From contig OX597825.1 in NCBI GenBank assembly GCA_951406725.2, forward strand, positions 79,670,001-79,734,000: DNA of 64,000 nt, given 5' to 3'. The position numbers and the translations under genes were made by a program. Under the pieces are notes generated by a model that saw nothing but the letters and a program-made list of their open reading frames with translations, searched no databases and was not told where the DNA came from. This document shows, one piece after another, positions 1-15,602 of the stretch (within the stretch, counting starts at the first letter, position 1; each line of letters begins with the position of its first letter). This DNA is from Octopus vulgaris (lineage: Eukaryota).

Positions 1-59
1 CTCATTTGACGCATGTATATATTTTTCATGAATACCCCGAGTTCATTATATATACATAC

Positions 60-136
<77 letters not shown>

Positions 137-687
137 CATATACATATACATACATATATATATTTATATATATATATGTATGTATGTATCTATGTATGTA
201 TGTATGTATGTATGTATGCATGTATGTATGCATGTATGTATGTATGTATATCGATAGATAGATAGATATTTACAAGATATTGTTGCTAACAGAACCACAA
301 CAAAAATTTCATAACATAGGAAGTAAATGCCGAAAAGCTTACAAGCTGTTTCCGAATGACTCTTTCGGGCGTGGTGCTCTCAGGTTTTGCCATATGATTC
401 CTCCATTCAATGCTAACCCACATGCTCGAAATCAAAAGGCCATGTGATGAATGCGACTTTCATGACAAGTTCCGAATATCGAACAAGTTATTTTTCTATG
501 TGTATCGTCGAGCTTACACCCGTCTCGAATTGCCTTTCCGAAATTCCCACACATTATTCGTGTTTAGAGAGAAAAACAGATGGAAAAAGGAGTAGGTTAT
601 AAACAAGATATAAAGATCCTAGACGAGTGAAATCATACGTAAGCGGCGCCCACATTGACTTAACGAATTTGTATGGACGAACGTGCG

Positions 688-1480
688 TATGTATGTATGT
701 ATGTATGTATGTATGTATGTATGTATGTATGTATGTATGTATGTATGTATGTATGCATGCATGCATGTATGTATGTGTGTATGTATGTATGTATATGTAT
801 ATGTATGTATGTATATATGTATGTGTGTATGTATGTATGTATGTATGTATGTATGTATGTATGTATGCATGCATGCATGTATGTATGTGTATGTATGTAT
901 GTATATGTATATGTATGTATGTATATATGTATGTGTGTATGTATGTATGTATGTATGTATGCATGCATGCATGTATGTATGTGTGTATGTATGTATGTGT
1001 GTATGTATGTATGTATGTATGTATGTATGTATGTATGTATAAGGGTATGTATGTATGTATGTATAAGGGTATGTATGTATGTATGTATAAGGGTATGTAT
1101 GTATGTATGTATGTATAAGGGTATGTATGTATGTATGTATGTATGTATAAGGGTATGTATGTATGTATGTATGTATGTATGTATGTATGTATGTATGTAT
1201 GTATGTATGTATGTATGTATAAGGGTATGTATGTATGTATGTATAAGGGTATGTATGTATGTATGTATGTATGTATAAGGGTATGTATGTATGTATGTAT
1301 AAGGGTATGTATGTATGTATGTATGTATGTATGTATGTATGTATGTATGTATGTATGTATGTATGTATGTATGTATGTATGTATGTATGTATGTATGTAT
1401 GTATGTATGTATGTATGTATGTATGTATGTGTGTATGTATGTACGTACGTATGTAGGTATGTACGTATGTATATGTATGC
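688..1480. repeat. (TATG)n microsatellite array with TAAGGG-variant units
   Basis: Directly visible. Confidence 0.95.
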
Positions 1481-1549
1481 ATGTTTATGCATGTATTATG
1501 TGCGTATGCATGTATGCATGTATTTAACTATGCATACATTTATATAGGC

Positions 1550-1593
<44 letters not shown>

Positions 1594-2319
1594 GCTTATG
1601 TCTAATATATATGTAACACACACACATATATATACACATAGACACGCACACATATCCATGCATGCATGCATATGTACATACACACACAGACTTATGTATG
1701 TGTGTACACACACACACACACAACACACACACATACACAGTGTTCGGGTTAAGCTTGACTGTTTGCTTAAAAGAAAAAGAAAGCGCAAAATCTCATTCAA
1801 AAATAAAAACGTATTTTTAAAAAAGATATTTTATATATCATCCAGATTATGGCTGGGAAATAACAGTTTATTCAAAGTAAACCATTCTCGGTTTCTACCT
1901 AAGTCTCAAGTCGGTTCCGGAATATGGCGCGTGCGTTCCTCATTGCGTTCCAGGGAATGTCTTCGAACACCTCCCTTGATATTGGCCTGAAGGCCTTCAG
2001 CTTGGCCTTGACGTTGCAAGTAGCGCGGTTGGTGTCTTTTCATCAGTGCCCTACACGTAGTAGGACAACTCGTCGACAGACAGTTGGCCGATAGACAATT
2101 GGCCGACAGACAACTTGCAGACAGGACAATTGACCGATTGGACAATTTGCTGGTTCTATCAATAATATAGGCGTACCCATTGTAAAGAAGCTTTCTGCCT
2201 CCTCGTTCGGCGAATTGTCTGACGGGGAATTGTCTTCATGCGGTAATCCATAGAATTACAATCAAGGGAATCGGGAGGTCAGAAACTGGGGCTGGTGAAG
2301 TCGTGGAAATTCTATTATG

Positions 2320-2516
2320 ATTATTATGTGTGGGGAACAGTTGAGCGAGAGACCATCAAAACTGCTTGTAACACCAATAACACCAAAGATGAACCGAAGG
2401 CAAGAATTATGGCAGCACTCACCAACTTAACCAAGGAGACCGTTCAGAAGAGTTGCAAGAGATTCCGAAGTTGTCTGGAGACCGTGGTTGAAGCTAATGG
2501 CGATTTTATTGAATAG
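2320..2516 (+). mobile_element. Tc1/mariner-superfamily transposase C-terminal relic
   Basis: DYYVWGTVERET...KARIMAA...CKRFRSCLETVVEANGDFIE. Confidence 0.7.
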
Positions 2517-2777
2517 ATTTATTTTTTCTGTTGAATAAAATAAACTCGAAAGGGGAAGTTTCAACGTCTTCTTTCAATTTGCTTACACCATTTATGTGGC
2601 TGTTTCTGAAAAGAAATTTCACTTTCATGCAAAACAACTATGGTTTGTAGTCATTACCCGTAATCGACTCCCAAAACACTTCAGTCGCTCTATTTTGCAT
2701 CGCTTGCAAACTTACCAAAGCAACTTAAACCGTCCAAAGGACGGGTGCGTTTGCTAGTTTAATAACAAGATGACTCA

Positions 2778-2907
2778 GTTTCATGCAACTTTAAGTTTCG
2801 TAGGCTTGTAGAACGAACTTAGCCCCTTAGGCATTTGGTGATCGGGTCAGATGCCAGAAGGGCTCGGTTTATTCTATGAGCCTACGAAACTTTTAATTGC
2901 ATGAAAC
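2778..2907. mobile_element. Fold-back hairpin element / MITE-like
   Basis: Arms 2778-2828 and 2858-2907 are reverse complements (GTTTCATGCAA..AAGTTTCGTAGGCT), with inner GGCATTTG/CAGATGCC. Confidence 0.6.
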
Positions 2908-2925
2908 CAAGTTAAACTGTTATAC

Positions 2926-2958
<33 letters not shown>

Positions 2959-2976
2959 TGTATGTATGTATGTATG

Positions 2977-3030
<54 letters not shown>

Positions 3031-3185
3031 CTATATCCGAAATCTGCAATGGCTCCATAACTACCTTTTCGGCTATAACCTTGGAGCCCTAGTAATCTGT
3101 TACAGCACTTACCTAGCGTACATAATCGTTTAGATCACCTGTAAACTAAAGCCCCATACTTTGTGTATATATATATATATATAAG

Positions 3186-3238
<53 letters not shown>

Positions 3239-4299
3239 GTATGTACGTACGTATGTATGTATGTATGTATGTATGTATGTATGTATGTATGTATGTATGT
3301 ATGTATGTATGTATGTATGTATGAAATAATGATATGAGTGTTAAGAAGAAGAGTAAAGTGGTTAGATCTATTAGAAAGTTTGTAGAGATTGAAAATGAGA
3401 TACCATTCGCGTTGGTCGCGAGTGACAGGGGAACATGTGTAGTTTTAAATCGAACAAAGAGAAATGCTACGTGGAGTGATTCGAAGAGCAGAAATGGCGT
3501 ACAATGAAGAAATCATTCCGGAAACGGATGTACCATAATGACAAGTGTCATCCGTCTATTAGATGTCATTAATCAGTTTTTTGCACAAGGCATTAGACAG
3601 ACGGTTCGATGCTGTAAAAAACACTTTTCTATTATACCACGAAGTAGAACCGAACCCGAAATCACGATTGTATTGTATTGAGAACTTTTTGACCATACAG
3701 CCATGCCTGCACCTAGTACCGTATATTTCATATTTGTTATAATATACATATATTTTTTAATAATATATTATTATTATTAATATAAGGAAATTAATATCCA
3801 AACTCATCATAAAGATATATACACCCGTGTGAAAGAACTTATTGTATTAAAAATATATATAAATAAATAAATAAATATAAAAATATAAATATAATGTATA
3901 AAATAAATTTGATAGTTTAAATGTTTTGAATTATTAATTAAAGCATCTTACGATCGTTTCGTACATCGTAAGATGCTTAAATAATTATTGTTGTTGTTGT
4001 TGCTGCTGTTACAGGTCATGCTTTATCCAATTCTACTTTTGGGACTCTGATAGTCGATCTAACCGCGTGGCGCGATCTACAGATGTGAATGTGTGTCTGC
4101 CTTGTTTGCTGACAGGCTGTATCTAGGATTTGCCAAGGGCCATATTTTGCATCTCAACAACTAAGTAGTTATATGTGTAGCTGTCGGCAAGTAATGCTAA
4201 ATTTACAGGTGAATATCTTCATAAATGGTCAAAGAGTGAAGTCCAGACGTAAGATACTTTGAAATTCAATTAAAGAAAAAGACACGCACAAGAAACAAA

Positions 4300-4385
<86 letters not shown>

Positions 4386-4651
4386 AGAGGATCACATTTT
4401 CACATTTTTCATGTCTGACGGTGTGTTCTTTGAAATATTCACCTATAAATAAAAGTTTTCACTGTCTTAGTGACCTGAGAACAATTACTAAAGGAGTGTG
4501 TGTATGTGTATGTGTGTGTGTGCGTTGTATGTGTGTATATATGTATATATACTAGCATGCATGTCTATGTAAATATATATATAAATATATACTACTAATA
4601 TAGGATAAAAATTTTTTCAGAAAAAAATTTAATCAAAAATATAGGTGTTAG

Positions 4652-4742
<91 letters not shown>

Positions 4743-4789
4743 CATGTATGTATGTGTATATATATATATGTGTGTGTATGTTTGTGTAC

Positions 4790-4835
<46 letters not shown>

Positions 4836-4848
4836 GTATATATGTATG

Positions 4849-4898
<50 letters not shown>

Positions 4899-5476
4899 TG
4901 TATACATATATGTATGTATATATATATATGTATATATGTACGTATGTATGTGTTTATATTTCTACATACATACATACATACATACATACATACATACATA
5001 CACACATATGAAATAAATAATCGAAACAAGAAACTTCCTTAGCCTCGATAGAAAAAAATGAATGGTTTTCCTTTATTTATTTATTCCTTTATTTACTTAT
5101 TTTTGCGGCACTTTCGCAATATCAGTGGAATAACAACATTACTAAGTAGAAACGTAAACAAGTACATTTTTAACTTCAGACGTAGGAGAGGCATTTTTCA
5201 CATTTTAGTGTGGGTGGAAGATTAAGACGTCTACGACGGTGGGCCAGAGGCGAGAATTTAAGCATTTACAGAACGAAGGGGAAACAATCTTAGATTATTT
5301 TGCTATTTTTCACTATTAATGTTATATATTTAGTCAGGGTTGTTTATTTTTTTTATATATTTATGTAATATTCTGTTGGGCTCTTTTTTTTTTCTTGAAT
5401 TATTTTAGTCGGATATAGACAGACAAAACAATTACAAATGCACACATTCACGCATAAATATAAATAAGTGTGTTTA

Positions 5477-5594
<118 letters not shown>

Positions 5595-5595
5595 C

Positions 5596-5657
<62 letters not shown>

Positions 5658-5782
5658 TGTATGGACAGATATATATGTTATAGTCCATCCATATTTATAT
5701 ATTTTATTTCATACATACAAGTATATATGCATTATATATGTATATACATACAGTACGCAAATGTATACAGTTATAGTGTGGG

Positions 5783-5828
<46 letters not shown>

Positions 5829-5935
5829 CGCACACACACTTTCACTTATATACTTACATATACACAGGAGCATACATACATACTCATAATATATATATAT
5901 GTGTGTGTATGTATGTATATGTATGTATATATACT

Positions 5936-6018
<83 letters not shown>

Positions 6019-6362
6019 GTATATGTATATATGTGCGTATGTATGTATGTAGGTATATACACGAAAATCTAGATAAAAAAATAAACGCAAAAGTATTCGG
6101 TAATATCTACAGAGGGTGTGGAGATTGTCTCGAGGCGCCAGAGTAAAATAACGAAAAAAAAATGGTAATATCAAATAAAATAATCTAAGACTATATATAT
6201 ATATTATCATAGATTAACGAAACATAATTTATTTGATGTGAGGTCGCCCTCATTCTCTCTCTCTCTCTCTCTCTCTCTGTTCCTCTTTCTCACACACACA
6301 CAGACACACACTCACACACGCATTTGCAAAGAGTGAGGCAAAGAGAAAGATAGAGAGCGAGT

Positions 6363-6406
<44 letters not shown>

Positions 6407-6610
6407 GAGAGAGAGAGAGAGTGAGTAATAGAGAAATAATGATACTGTTCCGCTACTGAACGATTCTGAAAGCGTTCAGTCAATTCTTTTGTTTCCTTTT
6501 TTCTAGGAACAGGTGATCTCATTGAATTATTCTTGGGTAAAAAGGAAATTTTAATCTAATACTGCATGGAACAATGCGAACATAATTCATTCGTTTCACT
6601 TACGTGTTTG

Positions 6611-6684
<74 letters not shown>

Positions 6685-6777
6685 GGGGGGGGAGATTTCA
6701 CAAAAAGCAAATGACGAAGACAGGTGGTATAGACAACAAGCAGATGTATTAGCATAACGCTGAGGAAGTGAAAAAGT

Positions 6778-6813
6778 CTTTAACGTTTCGAGCCTATGCT
6801 CTTCTACAGAAAG
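6778..6813 (-). ncRNA. Minimal type I hammerhead motif (core A6>U)
   Basis: Minus strand CTTT-CTGTAGA-A-GAGC-ATAG-GCTC-GAAAC-GTT-AAAG. Confidence 0.6.
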
Positions 6814-6891
6814 GAACACAGAAAGAAACAAGGAGAGAAAATGAAAATAAAAATAAAGAGAAAAAGAATGTGTAGTGGCAAACGATCTATC

Positions 6892-6924
<33 letters not shown>

Positions 6925-6946
6925 TGCATATATACGTGTGTGTATA

Positions 6947-6987
<41 letters not shown>

Positions 6988-7555
6988 TTCAACTTACGTG
7001 GAAAGTCAACGAAGAAAGTTTGCTTTAGAAGCGTTGAGATGTATTGAAAGACACAGATAAGGAAATAATTTTATTCTCAAACGCATGATAATGCTTATAA
7101 TATAGCATGAACAGGATAAAGTATCCATATTTTGCAAATCAGAATATATATATATCCACAAATACTATTACTATTGAGGGAGAGAGCAGTGCATGCCATT
7201 AAAGTGACGTTGGGGTACAAATATACGAAGCCCAATACATCCATCATGACTACTCGTCTGATAAGAGTACACCTGACACATGCGTCATAGCCATATGGTG
7301 CGCGGGGCCCAGTCATAATTTTCTTCAGGTCGAGTAGCCCATCCCGCTCAAAAGGTCTCAGAATAAGGGTGTGTAAGGATGTTGAACGAAACACCCATGT
7401 TTCCAGCGATGAATTATTCAAGCCCTAAAGAATTCTTCTCAACACATGATGTTCGCCCACTACTTCTGCTCGTGATCAGAGATGCTCATATCGTCAGTCA
7501 CTAAGGGACATGCTCAGCTGGGCATGTTCAAACAACTGACAAGCAAATCTGTGGC

Positions 7556-7557
<2 letters not shown>

Positions 7558-7625
<68 letters not shown>

Positions 7626-7736
7626 GCTGTTGTAGTTGTTGTTGTTATCATTATTATTGTTGTTGTTGTTGTTGTTGTTATTTTTATTGTTGTTATTATT
7701 ATTATCATCATCATCATCATCATTATCACTATCTTC

Positions 7737-7802
<66 letters not shown>

Positions 7803-7913
7803 GCTGTTGTAGTTGTTGTTGTTATCATTATTATTGTTGTTGTTGTTGTTGTTGTTATTTTTATTGTTGTTATTATTATTATCATCATCATCATCATCAT
7901 TATCACTATCTTC

Positions 7914-7978
<65 letters not shown>

Positions 7979-7993
7979 CATTATTATTATTAT
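7558..7993. repeat. Compound (ATT/GTT/ATC)n microsatellite with exact ~177-bp higher-order duplication
   Basis: GCTGTTGTAGTTG...TCACTATCTTCAG at 7626 and again at 7803. Confidence 0.9.
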
Positions 7994-8039
7994 TCTTTAT
8001 CACTGTATGCACAAATGTGTTACATTTGGCATCAATCTC

Positions 8040-8470
8040 CTTAGTCCCTGGTCAGAACTAGTTTCCTTAGATATCAAGGACCTTTCCAACAATCCTTACT
8101 GTTCCTAATAGAACAGATTTCTCTATTAATCTAATTCTCATAGGAATTCCGATCTCAGCAAGAAACTACCAAGTCTATTAGTAAGATATCTTGGCTGCCT
8201 ACAACTAAAGGAATTACTTTTGCAGAAACCTTCCACAGTTTTCGCATTTCTCTTGTTACCTTTTGGTATTTTCCTGCTTTTAACTGCTTCATTCACGTCA
8301 GCAGACATCGCCACATCTATGATGATGGTGATAATGCAGTCTTTTGACACCATGTCCAAAATGATAATGTCAAGTAGTCTTGGCAGTTTGTGCAGCAAAA
8401 TCCCATAAGACTTTAAACAAATCATTCTCTGTCACATTTTCCGGTTGGTTTTGGTGCCATTTCCCGCTAA
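8040..8470 (-). mobile_element. R4/Dong-like non-LTR retrotransposon endonuclease relic
   Basis: LDIIILD..SKDCIITIIIDVAMSADVN; near an (AAT)n tract. Confidence 0.5.
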
Positions 8471-8899
8471 TTAAAAACTTCATTTGACGTTCAGGTGAGA
8501 TAAATACCAGGTGAGTACCAGCGTGTGAATGGGTTTACTCTGAACATACGTTTGTAGGCTGGAGGATTCGAGAGGGAGTGAGGTACCTGCCTGAGGTGTC
8601 CTTGGTGGTCGGGGTGACCAGAATGGGTTGGATTCCTTGATTGGCCCTTTTTGTTTAATTTTGTTGCTAAATGTTATTGTTATTTATTTTCTACACGAAT
8701 ATTGTCCCACGTGTCATATCGCTCCCATTTGTTTTCTGTTTGATCCTTGTGGCTAATAAAGGAAAGATTATTATTGTTTGTTGTTGTGGTCGAGTGAGAG
8801 TAGCACACGCTATCAAAGTAACTTTGGGGTACAAATATATACAAATATAACATTTCTGTTAAAATTTGCGATTGAATTGACTTGATTCATATTGTTGCA

Positions 8900-10000
8900 C
8901 AATAAACAGAACTTAACTCTCTTGAGGCTGTTGTTCGAGTTAATGCGTTCAGAAACTCCAGTGAGGCGATTATTGAGATTAGAGGTAGTGGTTAGTATTT
9001 CTCTTCTATTTTTGTCGTCTAAAGGCTAGAATTGTTGGATAAGGAAATATTTGCATGCAGCACTTTTGAACTGCCACTAAAATGTTTGTGCCAGTTAATC
9101 ACAAAAGCAATTCGGTCATAAATTTTACTTCAGCTGTTAAAATCGACTTCCCTTGCTAATTTTAGCTGTCATTTGCCATTTCGTTTTATTGTGATTCACA
9201 ATAACCGTATTTGCCATAATGGCGTACAGAAACATTTGTATGTTTCCAGTTTCCAATAATCTCCTATGTCAGTACAAATTCATTTTATCCTCAAAAGTGG
9301 AACTTCGGATTTGACTTAATTGTATGCTGTGGATAACTGGAGCGGCAGTGAAGATAAATGTAAGATATGGGTTTGAAAATCTTAAGCCTTGTGTTCAAAA
9401 TTCGACGCTAGCTTTTGCAAAACCTCGACGAGAATTTTTTATTGAATTTGGAGTCATATTTTTTTGCAGAGCAGTCACAGAAATGCAAAGCGTTACCTAA
9501 ACTATCCTAAAATCCTTCCCAGACAAAAAAGATGTCATCAATGAACCATAACCAGAGTATTGATTCATGACCGTACAGTCTCAAATGTCCCCCATTGACT
9601 ATGTCCCAAATATTGTCATGAAGACATTAGTAAAATTAACTGCCATGGGGTTACCCAAGTCGCTTCTCTTCGTCTGGAAGAACGATTTCTGTCCAAAATA
9701 TGATGTGTTACAAAATAACACGAATTTCAATAATTTACTGAGAAAATTAGATAAAATACATTTGTTTGACCGTTTTTCAAAGACGTCCATGCATGATTCC
9801 TCTCCAGCATCGAGAACAGTGTTGAGGTTTAGTGAAAAAAGGTTCATGGTTACCAAAACACGGTGTTTCGAAAAATTGTTAACTTTTGGATACAAAACTC
9901 AAAACTATTCCGAATATAGGGACGCGATCTTTTTGCTACAGAAAGAAGAAAGCCATCCATCTACAGCGAAATTTTAGCAGCGTAACATTCTTACCTGCTG
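8900..10000 (-). mobile_element. Penelope-like element reverse transcriptase relic
   Basis: LVTMNLFSL, FGQKSFFQTKRSDLGNPMAVNFTNVFM, LWLWFIDDIF motifs; frameshifted. Confidence 0.65.
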
Positions 10001-10051
10001 CAAATTGAGCACTCAGGTCTTGTGCCTCTAACAGAAAGGATTATTATTATT

Positions 10052-10148
<97 letters not shown>

Positions 10149-10165
10149 TTATTATTATTATTATA

Positions 10166-10218
<53 letters not shown>

Positions 10219-10699
10219 GCTTCGACGGGATTTTTTGTTCGACCCCATAGCAAGGCATTTTGGCAAATGTTCTCTACTATAGAGTCGGACTGACTAATGT
10301 CATGTGATCGAAAATCCGTTGCACTGTGTGTGTGTGTGTGTATGGTGGGTGGGTGAGTGAATGGGTGCGAATGCCTGAGCGCGCGCGTGTGTGAGTGTAT
10401 ATATCTTTGTATTTGTGTTTGATCCCACCACCGCTTGACAACCGGTTGGCTCGTTTACGTCCCCTTATCTCATTTTGTAGGAGTTACATCTATTATTCTT
10501 AACGTAGCTGGATCACTTTTGCACTTATTAAGCTTTTCCGTGGACGTCCTTGCCATGGCTGGTCGTGTGCTAATTTTCTTAATTACTTGTAACATCATTA
10601 GAGATTTGAGTTCCAGTTATTTGTGCAATTCAACCTGTTCGAGCCTCTTTCTGCCCATTTGCCTCTTAACATGTACTTTCTCTTTTCTTACGACCATGA

Positions 10700-11220
10700 C
10701 TTTTGTTTTGTTATGGCTGAGAAAATGACCTTGTCTGTTTGGGAAAGTTTAATAACATCTGGATAGCAAAAGTGTTCCAACTAAGTTAAAAACAGGGCTA
10801 GCGCTCTTTCGGTCAACGGGAATTTATGGTTGCGAAGCAGGGACTCTGTACAAATTCGAAGAGAACATAATGCGTTTAAAATGTGGGTGTATAAGAGAAT
10901 GTTACGAGTCTCTTTCAAGGACCGTCGGACAAAAGAATGAGCGTAAGGAGATGGAATTTGACAACTGAACATTGTGAAAGCAACAAAAGTCCATCTATTA
11001 TGGCAATGTTCGAAGGAGCAGAAGTTTAGAAATATTATCATGGAAGGAAGAGTAGTGGGTAGTAAATAAAGGGACAGGCAAAGAACGCAACGGATGGTCA
11101 ATATGAAGAACTGTTTGGACAAGACTGGCAAGGCAGCTGGAGAATCTGCGCTTAATCGGGAAGACTTTCGTTCTAAAGACATCAATGCGCTGCAGCGTAC
11201 GTTACATGGTGACGACATGT
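10700..11220 (+). mobile_element. RTE-type LINE 3' relic
   Basis: YGCEAGTL..NAFKMWVYKRMLRVSFKD..IIMEGRVVG. Confidence 0.6.
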
Positions 11221-11232
11221 AGTAATTAATGA

Positions 11233-12200
<968 letters not shown>

Positions 12201-12582
12201 TGAATGTAGCAAGGATGGCACGTGTGAATGACGGAGCCAGCTTGAGCATGATCCTATGAACTAAAAAGACGAAAGGAAAAAAGAGAGCCACTTACTGTAA
12301 TGTGTTTTCTTTTTGCATGACATTACTGCCCAAGGTTACCTAATCTGTTTTCCCTTTTTACATCGACATTTCTGTGATACACGATCCCTATTGATCGGCT
12401 TTTTATTTTTCCTCAATCCCCTTTGATCGTAATTCGACACACTTTTTTTCTCTTCTTCTCAAAAAGAAAAAGCTCTACTTTGTATTTTGTCCCTTCTGTA
12501 TTCAGCCTTCTGTGGCCAATAAAGAAACATATCTATCTATCAATCTACCTGTCTGTCTATCCATCTATCCATCCACCCATCC

Positions 12583-12667
<85 letters not shown>

Positions 12668-12794
12668 GATCTATCTATCTATCTATCTATCTGTCTGTCC
12701 GTCTGTCTGTCTGGCCGTCCCCCCTCCATCCATCCATCCCTCTCTCTCTTTCTCTATCTATCTATGTATCTATGTATCTATCTATCTATCTATG

Positions 12795-12865
<71 letters not shown>

Positions 12866-13624
12866 TGTCTGTCTGTCTGTCTCTCATCCATCTCTATGAA
12901 TCTATGTATCTACCCATCCATCCCTCCATCTCTCCCTCTCCCTCTCCCTCTCTCTCTATTTCTATATATATATATATACGTATATATATATATGTGTGTG
13001 TGTGTGAATGTGTGTGAGCACGCGCGTATGTATATATATGATATATATGCGTGCGTAGACAGCTAGGCAGACAGACAGATAAGCAGGCTAGCAGGCAGGC
13101 CAGCAGACAGACAGACATACAGATCGATCGATACGGTGCTCCAGCATGGCAGTAGACCGATAACTGAAACAAGTAAAAGACGACAGACGTATGCACACAC
13201 AAACACAACTCTGCGCTCATTGTATATTACGTATCTGTATGACGTTTGTACAATCGACTATATGGCGCTGATAGGAGTTGCCTCCCTTAACACCAACCAT
13301 GCACATTTCGTACACAGTCGATCATTTTTCTTTCTTTTTTTTTTAAACTACTGTTGAGCGCCAAACAAATTTTCCAAACTTCATTTAGTTACCTCCCTTT
13401 ACAGTCTGAGGCGACGCATCCTGCGCGGATGTACTCCGGTGTCCGTCCCTGCATGGACATACTCCTTGAAGAAGGTACTCTACAGTCGAACTTATTGTCT
13501 TCATTTATCATGAATGGACGAACATTATCACTCAGACATCCACCTCTTGTTTCTTTCTCATCTTTCATTCTTCATTCCTTCCCTTCTTTCTTTTTTCGTT
13601 CTTTCGCTCTTCCTTCTTTTTCCA

Positions 13625-13656
<32 letters not shown>

Positions 13657-13881
13657 CATACATATATACATACATATATAAAGTTCTTGGCTTTAAGTGT
13701 ATTGCGAAAGCCCTGGTTGGAGGCCCAACCTTCCGACAGAGAAGGGAAGAGAGACGAGAGGTGGAGGCATATAGACAGACAGACAGAAAGGAAGAAAAAG
13801 AAAGAAAGAAAGAAATGTGGTGGTGATGGGTATGGCTGTGATAGTAATGAGGGTATTGCTAGTAATAATGGTGGCGGTGGC

Positions 13882-13953
<72 letters not shown>

Positions 13954-14770
13954 GGTGGTGGTGGTGGTGGTGGTGGTGGTGGTGGTGGTGGTGGTGGTGG
14001 TGATGATGATGGTGGTGGTAGTGGTGGTGGTGGTGATGGAGGAGGACAAACACATACACACTAATATATATATATGTATGTACGTATGTGTATACACATA
14101 TATATAGATACATATAAACGACGGGCTTCCACATAGTTTCCATCTAACAAATTCACTCATGAGACATTGGTCTGTCCGGCGTTATAATAGAAGTCACTTG
14201 TCCGAAAAGCTGTGCAGTGGGACTGAACCCAAGGCCATGTGGTTGCGAAGCGAACTTCTTAACCACCCGTCTACACCATACACAACCATGCCAACACCTA
14301 AAAAAATTAAAATGGCACGCTTCACGAATTTCTGTGTTAGAAATAAAGCTCTAATCCTAGAATTTAGATAACAAAGACGATTAAAGATTTCTTGGCGAAA
14401 TATACAATACTTGACACTTGCTCCATGTTTTCGTTTCTCTGAGTTCTGGCGTGTTACGCTCTCTTGAATTTTAAAAGGAAGCTTATATTTCCTCAGAAGG
14501 AATCTTTTATGGTTTTTAAAGACAGAACAAATCCTTATGGTTCTACAACCATTAGAACTCGTTCTCCTTTCTTGCATCTACTTTTTTTTAATGACCTTCA
14601 GTTTGGTATCAAATAAAAGTGCATGGGATAAAAGTACATAATTTTTGTTTTTAATTATTGTACATACAGACGATGTAAGTGGCTGTCAGGTTAAGAAGCT
14701 CGCTTTGCAACCGAGTAGTTTCGGGTTCAGTCCTACTAATGAACGGTACTTTGGGCAGTTATCCGGCCGG

Positions 14771-14829
14771 ATAACTGAAGTGATGGCGGCGTGGATTTCC
14801 ACCTCGGCGTCCGAAACTCGGAGTTTTAT
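14771..14829 (+). ncRNA. Degenerate type I hammerhead motif
   Basis: ATAA-CTGAAG(T)-hairpin GTGGA/TCCAC-GAAAC-TCGGA-GTT-TTAT; overlaps a perfect 22-bp palindrome 14756-14777. Confidence 0.5.
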
Positions 14830-15024
14830 TATGGCTACCGAATAATTGTCACATATTACATTTACAGATAAATTCCTCTATTTACATAATATCGAGGTCT
14901 CTTTCATTCTTTTGTTGTCATATTTTTTTATTAATATATATGTATATATATATATATATATATTGTTGGCGATTTCATTTCATTTTCTCTTTCTTCCTTT
15001 TCTTTTGGATTTTCCTATGTCTCC

Positions 15025-15061
15025 TGTTTCCGAAGAGGAGCTTTGCTCGAAACGTAAAACA
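15025..15061 (+). ncRNA. Minimal type I hammerhead motif (core U4>C)
   Basis: TGTTT-CCGAAGA-G-GAGC-TTT-GCTC-GAAAC-GTA-AAACA. Confidence 0.6.
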
Positions 15062-15339
15062 CCCACTCTTTCTTTCCTTCTCTGAACGTTTTATTAATAC
15101 TTTGCATGTATCACGTCCTCGCGTTGCTGTTTTTTTCTTGTTGTCTTCTTTTCTCCGTTTTTTTTTAAAGGTCAGGAGAACGGAGATTTTCCACATTTAT
15201 AATTCTATTATGCATTTATTTATTTACACCTTCCATGGATCTACCTGCGTTCCGACTGCATCAACTGCTCACTGTCTTGTGTGCATCTTGGTATTAATTT
15301 TTGATACAGCTTATCCTGGGTCCGTTATTTACTGCCATT

Positions 15340-15379
<40 letters not shown>

Positions 15380-15443
15380 TCACACACAACATGGACAAAA
15401 TTTCTTCTTTAGAAAAAATACATATTCAAATAAGTAAAACATA

Positions 15444-15478
15444 ATATCATGAATAGCCATTGCGAAACCGGTCGATAT
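15444..15478 (+). ncRNA. Degenerate minimal hammerhead motif
   Basis: ATATC-ATGAATA-GC-CATT-GC-GAAAC-CG-GTC-GATAT; palindromic stem III ACCGGT, two core mismatches. Confidence 0.45.
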
Positions 15479-15531
15479 AATAAAACTTATATTAAAACTA
15501 TGTAAGTGTGCGTATTTTCTTTTTTTAATTT

Positions 15532-15602
<71 letters not shown>

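Noticed and set aside
325-390. Possible hammerhead on the minus strand (GAAACAGCTTGTA)
   Set aside because: Core incomplete and stem I pairing unconvincing.
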